DNA of 64,000 nt from Malacoraja senta (taxonomy: Eukaryota), in the NCBI GenBank assembly GCA_038087875.1, contig CM075993.1, positions 10,170,001 to 10,234,000 on the forward strand. The letters run 5' to 3'. The notes beneath the pieces are model-generated. The model was given only the letters and a program-made list of their open reading frames with translations. It was not told where the DNA came from and made no database searches. The position numbers and the translations under genes were made by a program. Positions 56,703-64,000 of this stretch are shown here, piece by piece. Position 1 is the stretch's first letter. Each line of letters opens with the position of its first letter.

Positions 56703-57032
56703 AAGCCCTGTCCCACAGTACGAGTTCCTTCCAAGAGTTCTCCCGAGTTTGCCCTGATTCCTACTCGGAGATTTACGGTAATGGCCACTCGTCGGTACTC
56801 GGGGCTCTCGTGGACATTTTTCATCATGTTGAAAAATCTTCGCGAGTCTTCCCGTGCTTACCTGCCGTTAGCGAGTCTTCCCGAGTACCTGCCATTAGCG
56901 TTACGAGCCGCTAAGAGACGTCCCCGAGCTCCGACGTACCCGCTACGTTCATTCTCCGTGCTTACCACGAGTTTGATTTATTTAAAACTCGGGAGAGCTC
57001 TTGGAATGAACTCGCACCGTGGGACAGGGCTA
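56703..57032. mobile_element. PIF/Harbinger-like MITE, family 1 (opposite orientation to the 15.4 kb copy)
   Basis: aagccctgtcccac...gtgggacagggcta. Near-identical to the reverse complement of 15375-15694. Confidence 0.78.
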
Positions 57033-58364
57033 TAACTCAGCGGGACAGGCAACATTTGTGGATAGAAGGAATGGGTGACGTTTCGGGTCGAGACCCCTCT
57101 TCAGACTAAGGATCTTGACCCGAAACATCATCCATTCCTTCTATCCAGAGATGCTGCCTGTCCCGCAGAGTTACTCCAGCATTTTGTGTCTATCTTCGGT
57201 ATAAACCAGCTTCTGCAGTTCCTTCCTACGCATTAACTTTCTTTCTCTATTCACAGTTATTAACTGACCTGCTGACGTTCCCCGCACTTCTTTCTAGTTC
57301 TTCAGTATTTGCGCATCATTTGGTCTTTTAAGCGGCACGTTTGGCTGAGGAATCCCGTTTGCACCATTGCCAATTCTTCCTTGGTCTTCACTCCTGCAAG
57401 ATCCATGGCTCCATTCCCCCTTCCTCCCAACACCCTTTGTTGATCATCCGGTTTATAACGAAGATAGACACAAAAAGCTGGAGTCTGAAGAAGAGTCTCG
57501 ACCAGAAACATCACCCATTCCCTCTCTCCAGAGATGCCGCCTGTCCCGCTGAGTTACTCCAGCAATTTGTGTCTATTTTTGGAGTAACTCAGCGGGTCAG
57601 GTGGCATCTCTGGAGAACAAGAATAGGTGACGTTTGGGGTCGGAACCCTTCTACAGAAAGTAGAGGTGGGGGGAGGAATAAACTGGATTTGTCCTGGCCT
57701 TCTCTCACTTCCACTACATCCGCCCCCAGACCCCCCCCACCCCAACCCCAACCCCAACCTCTACTTTCACTCTGAAGAAGGGTTCCGACCCAAAGCGTTC
57801 TCAGTTTATCACCTCATTTACAGTGTACTATGTTTACATATTCTGTTGTGCTGCTGCAAGTAAGAATTTAATTGGCGTTTGGGACATGACAATAAAAAAC
57901 TCTTGAAGCATGAAACACATTAAATGCCAGAAGATTGTCGATGTTGGAGAAGTGGGCTGATGTGGGGATTTTGAGGCCCTGTGGCGGGGCGATGAGCCTG
58001 AAGGCCGTTCAGTCCCACTGCAAGTCGACTGAAAGTGGCCTGGAGTTCATAAGATCATGTGATAGGAGTAGAATTAGGCCATTCGGCCCATCACGTCTAC
58101 TCCGCCATTCAATCATGGCTGATCTATCTCTTCCTCCTAACCCCATTCTCCTGCCCTCTCCCCGCAGCCTCTGACAGTTGCGTCCAGTCTGTGGGAGCTC
58201 TGCGTTGTGCAGATGTTGATTTGAATGCCGTGTAACATTGAGGAACTGGAATATTTACTCTGTTTCCCTCTCAAGAGAAACTTCCTGACCTGCCGAACAT
58301 TTCCACTTTCTGCTTCGATGTTAGATTTGAAGCATCTGGCAATATTATTCAGCAAATAACCAGG

Positions 58365-58998
58365 ATAGTGGCGCAGCGGTAGAGTTGCTGCCTCACAGCG
58401 CCAGAGACCCGGGTTCAATCCTGACTACGGGTGCTGTCCGTACGGAGTTTGTACGTTCTCCCCGTGACCACGTGGGTTTTCTCCGGGAGCTCTGGTTTCC
58501 TCCCACACTCCATAGATGTTAGGGCGGTCATGGTGGTGCAGTGGTAGAGTCGCTGCCTTACAGCGCTTGCAGCACCGGAGACCCGGGTTCGATCCCGACT
58601 ACGTCTGCTGTCTGTATGGAGTTTGTACGTTCTCCCCGTGACCACGTGAGTTTTCTCAGAGATCTTCGGTTTCCCTCCCACATTCCAAAGACGTAGAGGT
58701 TTGTAGGTTAAGTTGCTTGGTGTATGTGTAAATTGTCCCTAATGTGTGTCGGATAGTGTTAATGTGCGGGGATCGCTGGTTGGAGTGGACTCGTTGGGCC
58801 AAAGGGCCTGTTTCGACGCTGTATCTGTAAAATAAAAAAATTAAAATAATATACAGATTTGTAGATTAATTGCCTTTGGTAAAATTGTAAATTGTTCCTA
58901 GGTGTATCGGATTGTATTAGTCTGCAGGGGTTGTTGATCGGCATGGACTTGGTGGGCTGAAGGGCCTGTTTTCATGCTGTATCTCTAAACTAAACTAA
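58365..58998 (+). mobile_element. Tandem or nested cluster of V-SINEs
   Basis: Two tRNA-like heads (about 58367 and 58530) and two 3' tails. Confidence 0.8.
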
Positions 58999-59344
58999 AA
59001 AAATCTGGAAACATTGTCGGTGATAACCTGCATGGTAGGACAGTATTGATGGGTGCCGGCAAGTCGCCGAAAAAATCGCGTAAGTGGGACAGGCCCTTAA
59101 GGGTGTCAGGGGATATAGGGAGAAGCCAGGAAAATGGGGTTGAGAGGGAGAGATAGATCAGGCAAGATTGAATGGCAGAGTAGACTTGATGGGCCGAATG
59201 GCCTAATTCTGCTCCGTGAACTTGTACCTAGTTGACATGTATTATCCATTTAAAATCATTGGATTTTCTATCATTATTGTGTGGGAACATTCTGTCATCC
59301 TCCTTGCAAATAATAAAATGGTCATTGACCTGAAGAATTTACTG

Positions 59345-59937
59345 TATGTATGTGTGTGTGTGTGTGTATTTGTACACGCTTGCATGCGCGCGCCTGAGTC
59401 TGTGTCTGTGCCTCCATTTCTGAGTGTGTGTCTGTGTCAGTGTGTGTATCTCCATGCCTGTGCCTCTGTGTGTGTGTGTTATGTCAGTGTGTTTGTGTGT
59501 CTGTGTGTGCGCGTGTATGTGTCTCTGTATGCGTGTGTGTATGCGTGTGTCTGTGCACGTGTGTGTATATGTGAGCGTATGTGTGTGCGCATATGTGTGT
59601 TTATGTCTGTTTGTATATGCGTGTGTATATGTGTGCATGTGTGTGTATATGTGTGTGTGCGTGTGTATATGTGTGCGTGTGTATATGTGTGCGTGTGTGT
59701 GCGTGTGTATATGTGTGTGCGTGTGTGTATATATATATGTGTGCGTGTATATGTATGCGTGTGTGTATATGTGTGTGTGTAAATGTATGCGTGTGTGTAT
59801 ATGTGTGCGTGTATATGTGCGTGTATATGTATGCGTGTGTGTGTATATGTGTGTGTGTATATGTATGCGTGTGTGTGTATATGTGTGTGTGTATATGTGT
59901 GCGTGTATATGTATGCGTGTGTGTGTATATGTGTGTC
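59345..59937. repeat. Degenerate (TG)n/(TATG)n microsatellite
   Basis: Direct reading. Explains the Cys/Val-rich and His/Thr-rich spurious ORFs. Confidence 0.95.
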
Positions 59938-61444
59938 TTGCAGATGATGCTAGACCTATTGAGTGTTTCCAGTATTTTCTGATTCGATTTAAGATTTCAG
60001 CCGCTGTCTGACTTGAGTGAAGGAGGGGTGTGTCGGGCATGTCACGTGGTGTCTGACAGACGTCAGTGGAAGAGTTGAAAGAGCTCGCATTTAACAAGCA
60101 GCGACGCAGACCTCAGTTCATGTGCAATTGTCCCTGCCTGAGCAACAATGTTAAATGACAAGACTTTTGCATTCTCATCGTGGTTACATTGAATGTTCCA
60201 GCGTTTCCTGTACAATTAGAAGTAATAAAGGAAATTGAGTCTTAAGAAGGGACTCGACCCGAAACGTCACCCATTCCTTTTCTCCAGAGATGCTGCCTGT
60301 CCCGCTGAGTTACTCCAGCTTTTTGTGTCGATCTTCGGTTTAAACTGGCATCTGCAGTTCCTTCCTACATAAAGGAAATACAGTTTCCATTTTCATCAAA
60401 GCTAATTACGTGAGCAGCAAAAAAAGACACAAAGTGCTGGAGTAACTCAGCCAGTCAGACAGCATCTCTGTGATACATGGATAGGTGACGTTTTGGGTCG
60501 GGACCTTCTTCAGACTGGACTAAAACATATCACCTATCCATGTTCTCCAGAGATGTTGTCAGACTGGCTGAGTTACTCCAGCATTTTGTGCCGTTTTATT
60601 TTAAAGCAGCATCTGCAGTTCCTTGATGGACACAAAGTGCTGGAGTAACTCAGTGGGTCAGGCAGGAATAGGTGGGTTTGGACACACTAGAGGCAGGAAA
60701 CATGTTCCCGATGTTGGGGGAGTCCAGAACCAGGGGCCACAGTTTAAGAATAAGGGGTAAGCCATTTAGAATGGAGACGAGGAAACACTTTTTCACACAG
60801 AGAGTGGTGAGTCTGTGGAATTCTCTGCCTCAGAGGGCGGTGGAGGAAGGTTCTCTGGATACTTTCAAGAGAGAGCTAGATAGGGCTCTTAAAGATAGCG
60901 GAGTCAGGGGAGAAGGCAGGGACGGGGTACTGATTGGGGTTGATCAGCCATGATCACAGTGAATGGTGGTGCTGGCTCGAAGGGCCGAATGGCCTCCTCC
61001 TGCACCTATTGTCTATTGTGGGTTCCTTGTGTCTCCATAAGCAGTAATGTGGTAATGACCAGGCAAGCTGATTCTTTGGGATATTGACAGAGGAATAATG
61101 GTCGGAGAGGGAGTTCAACTTTACCCCTTTGGCAATAATGTCTCGCAGATATCTGACATCTGGCATTGAGAGAAGAAAGGACCTTGACTTAATGCCTCAG
61201 CCAAAATAGACAATAGACAATAGGTGCAGGAGTAGGCCATTCGGCCCTTCGAGCCAGCACCGCCATTCAATATGATCATGGCTGATCATCTGTGAGAAAA
61301 AGTGTTTCCTCGTCTCCGTTCTAAAAAAAGACGCCATCTCCGACTTTGCTGCAATAAACAACTGTTGCTGGAGAGGTGGAGACGGTCTCCATTGTCAGGT
61401 GTTGGCCACACTGGACATGCTATGTTTTAATGTTAATACATGGG

Positions 61445-61750
61445 GTGGCACGGTGGCGCAGCGGTAGAGTTGCTGCCTTACAGCGCCAGATACCCGGGTT
61501 CGATCTTGACTACGGGTGCTGTCTGTACGGAGTCTGTACGTTCTCCCCGCAACCTGCGTGGGTTTCCTCCGGGTTCTCCGGTTTCCTCCCACACTCCAAA
61601 GATGTGCAGGTTTGTAGGTTAATTGGCTTTGGTATAATTGTAAATTGTCCCTCGTGTGTGCAGGATAGCGTTAATGTGCGGGGATTGTTGTTGGGCGGAC
61701 TCGGTGGGCCGAAGGGCCTGTTACTGCCTCGTATCTCTAAACTAAACTAA
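61445..61750 (+). mobile_element. Full-length tRNA-derived V-SINE (HE1-like)
   Basis: A box ggtggcgcagcgg, B box gggttcgatc, central ggtttcctcccacactccaaag, and a CR1-like tail gggccgaagggcctg...tctctaaactaaactaa. Confidence 0.85.
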
Positions 61751-61907
61751 TTGGTGCTTCTTTGTATGAAGAACACATCATCTTCACAATTGTAGGTTAA
61801 TTGGCTTGATAAATGTAAATATTGTCCAGTATAAAGGGTCCAACTTCCAGTCTAGTCCCTGGTGGACTCTTCGGAAGTGATGACCACAAGGTTCAAGGTA
61901 CAAGTAG

Positions 61908-62237
<330 letters not shown>

Positions 62238-62538
62238 TAGTTTAGTGTAGAGATACAGCGCGGAAACATGCCCTTTGACCCACCGAGTCTGTGCCGACCA
62301 GCGATCCCCACACACTAACACTATCCTACACACACTAGGGACCATTTACATTTACACCAAGCCAATTAACTGACAGACCTGTATGTCTGGAGTGTGGGAG
62401 TGTGGGAGTAATGTTTTACCCGGATAAAAACCCACGTAGGTCACGTGCAAACTCCATAGACAGCACCCGTAATCAGGATCGAACCCGGGTCTCTGGTGCT
62501 GTAAGGCAGCAACTCTACCGCTGCGCCACTGTGCCACC
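62238..62538 (-). mobile_element. Full-length V-SINE (HE1-like), inverted
   Basis: Reverse complement of the 61445 copy. Confidence 0.85.
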
Positions 62539-63551
62539 CACCAAGGTGCTATTGTAAATATAAGCTATGTTTACTCTCTAAGCCGCTGTAAGTTTACTCC
62601 CTAAGCCACTCCAAATATCATATATTTACTTTCTTACCACACAGAAGGAGGCCATTCAACCCATCGGGTCTATGCTAGCTCGCAGGGCACACTCATTAGT
62701 CCCATTCCCAGCTGAATGTTGTTCGAAGCTCAGGGCAAAACAAGTACGTATTCTGGATAGTGCTGCACTAGGGGAGGTGGCCCAGGGATAAAGTGTTAGA
62801 TTGAGACTTCATCTGACTGTATATAAAGAACACGCACGTCTGAAGAAGGGTCTCGACCCAAAACGTCACCCATTCCTTCTCTCCGGAGATGCTGCCTGTC
62901 CCGCTGAGTTACTCCAGCATTTTATGCTTCCCCAGACACTCAGCTTCCCCTCCACATCCCACAGATACACTGGGTGGTTGTTTCACTGGCCACTGTTATT
63001 ACTTCCCGTGGCAGTGGCCAGAGGGAGATTGGGTGCTCTTTTTCTGGTCACAGGGAAATGTGGGGGAATAGCAGAGATGGGAGTGCTCTGAGAGCTAGCA
63101 TAGACCAAGTGGGCTGAATGGCCTACTACATCGTAAGGAAATATGAAATAATACCATTGGAACATAGAACAGTAGAGCAGAGGGGACAGGCTCTCCGGTC
63201 TACAATGTCCATGCCTAACATGATGCTAAGACCAACCTTTGATGGCCTGCACATAATCCATCATCTTCCATTCATTACAAATCCATGTGCTTACCCAAAA
63301 GTCTCCTTAATGCCAGTGTAGTATCAGTTTCCACCACGACCTCCGGCAGCACAATCCAGACACTCTGTAAAAAATTAAACTTACCCCGTACATCACCTTT
63401 CAACTTTGCCCCTTTAGTGTTTGATATTTCAATCCTTGAAGGTTCTGTCTACCGTATCTATGCTTCTCATAATTTACTGTCTCGGGTCTCCGCTCATCCA
63501 TTCTAGAGAAAACAATCCAAGTCTATCTAATAGTCACGGTGGCGCAGCGGT

Positions 63552-63891
63552 AATAATAATAATAATGGATGGGATTTCTATAGCGCCTTTCTAATACTCA
63601 AGGCGCTTTACATCGCATTATTCATTCACTCCTCAGTCACACTCGGTGGTGGTGAGCTACTTCTGTAGCCACAGCTGCCCTGGGGCAGACTGACGGAAGC
63701 GTGGCTGCTAATCTGCGCCTACGGCCCCTCCGACCACCACCAATCACTCACACACATTCACACACATTCACACGCAGGCAAAGGTGGGTGAAGTGTCTTG
63801 CCCAAGGACACAACGACAGTATGCACTCCAAGCGGGATTCGAACCGGCTACCTTCCGGTTGCCAGCCGAACACTTAGCCCATTGCGCCATC
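63552..63891 (-). mobile_element. tRNA-derived SINE with L2-type tail, inserted into a V-SINE head
   Basis: Minus strand: gatggcgcaatggg (A box), ggttcgaatccc (B box), gtgtccttgggcaagacacttc, and tail gtaaagcgccttgag...gcgctatagaaat...(att)n. The flanks cacggtggcgcagcggt | ctgccttacagcg are a split V-SINE. Confidence 0.75.
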
Positions 63892-64000
63892 TGCCTTACA
63901 GCGAGTGCAGCGCCGGAGACCCGGGTTCGGTCCTGACTCTGGGTGCTGTCTGTATGGAGTTTGTACGTTCTCCCCGTGACCTGTGTGGGTTTTTATCCGA

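Noticed and set aside
59216..60097. Long Cys/Val-rich and His/Thr-rich ORFs
   Set aside because: Translations of a TG microsatellite. The same applies to 23737-24242.
61445..61520. tRNA-like sequences with A and B boxes
   Set aside because: They are SINE heads continuing into SINE bodies, not tRNA genes.

Overview
Repeat-dense vertebrate genomic DNA. The repeat complement (V-SINE/HE1-like SINEs, CR1, Rex1/Babar, L2, Penelope) points to a cartilaginous fish, probably a skate or ray (inference). The only host coding sequence I can support is two + strand kinase-domain exons of death-associated protein kinase 2 (DAPK2): 29954-30175 and 61964-62102, separated by a 31.8 kb intron. I did not find the first coding exon. 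Most other bases are transposon-derived: a near-intact Passport-like Tc1 (34135-35718), a long Rex1/Babar LINE, PIF/Harbinger-like MITEs, many SINE and CR1 fragments, microsatellites and a 200-N gap. The most notable signal is a ~130 bp module, present in dozens of copies, that derives from the Penelope 3' end. It carries a minimal hammerhead-ribozyme core (CUGANGA-A-stem II-GAAACGUH). One young subfamily moves as short, often fold-back units with 11-16 bp target-site duplications. Several local inverted or templated duplications also occur. Repeat boundaries were read by eye and are approximate.
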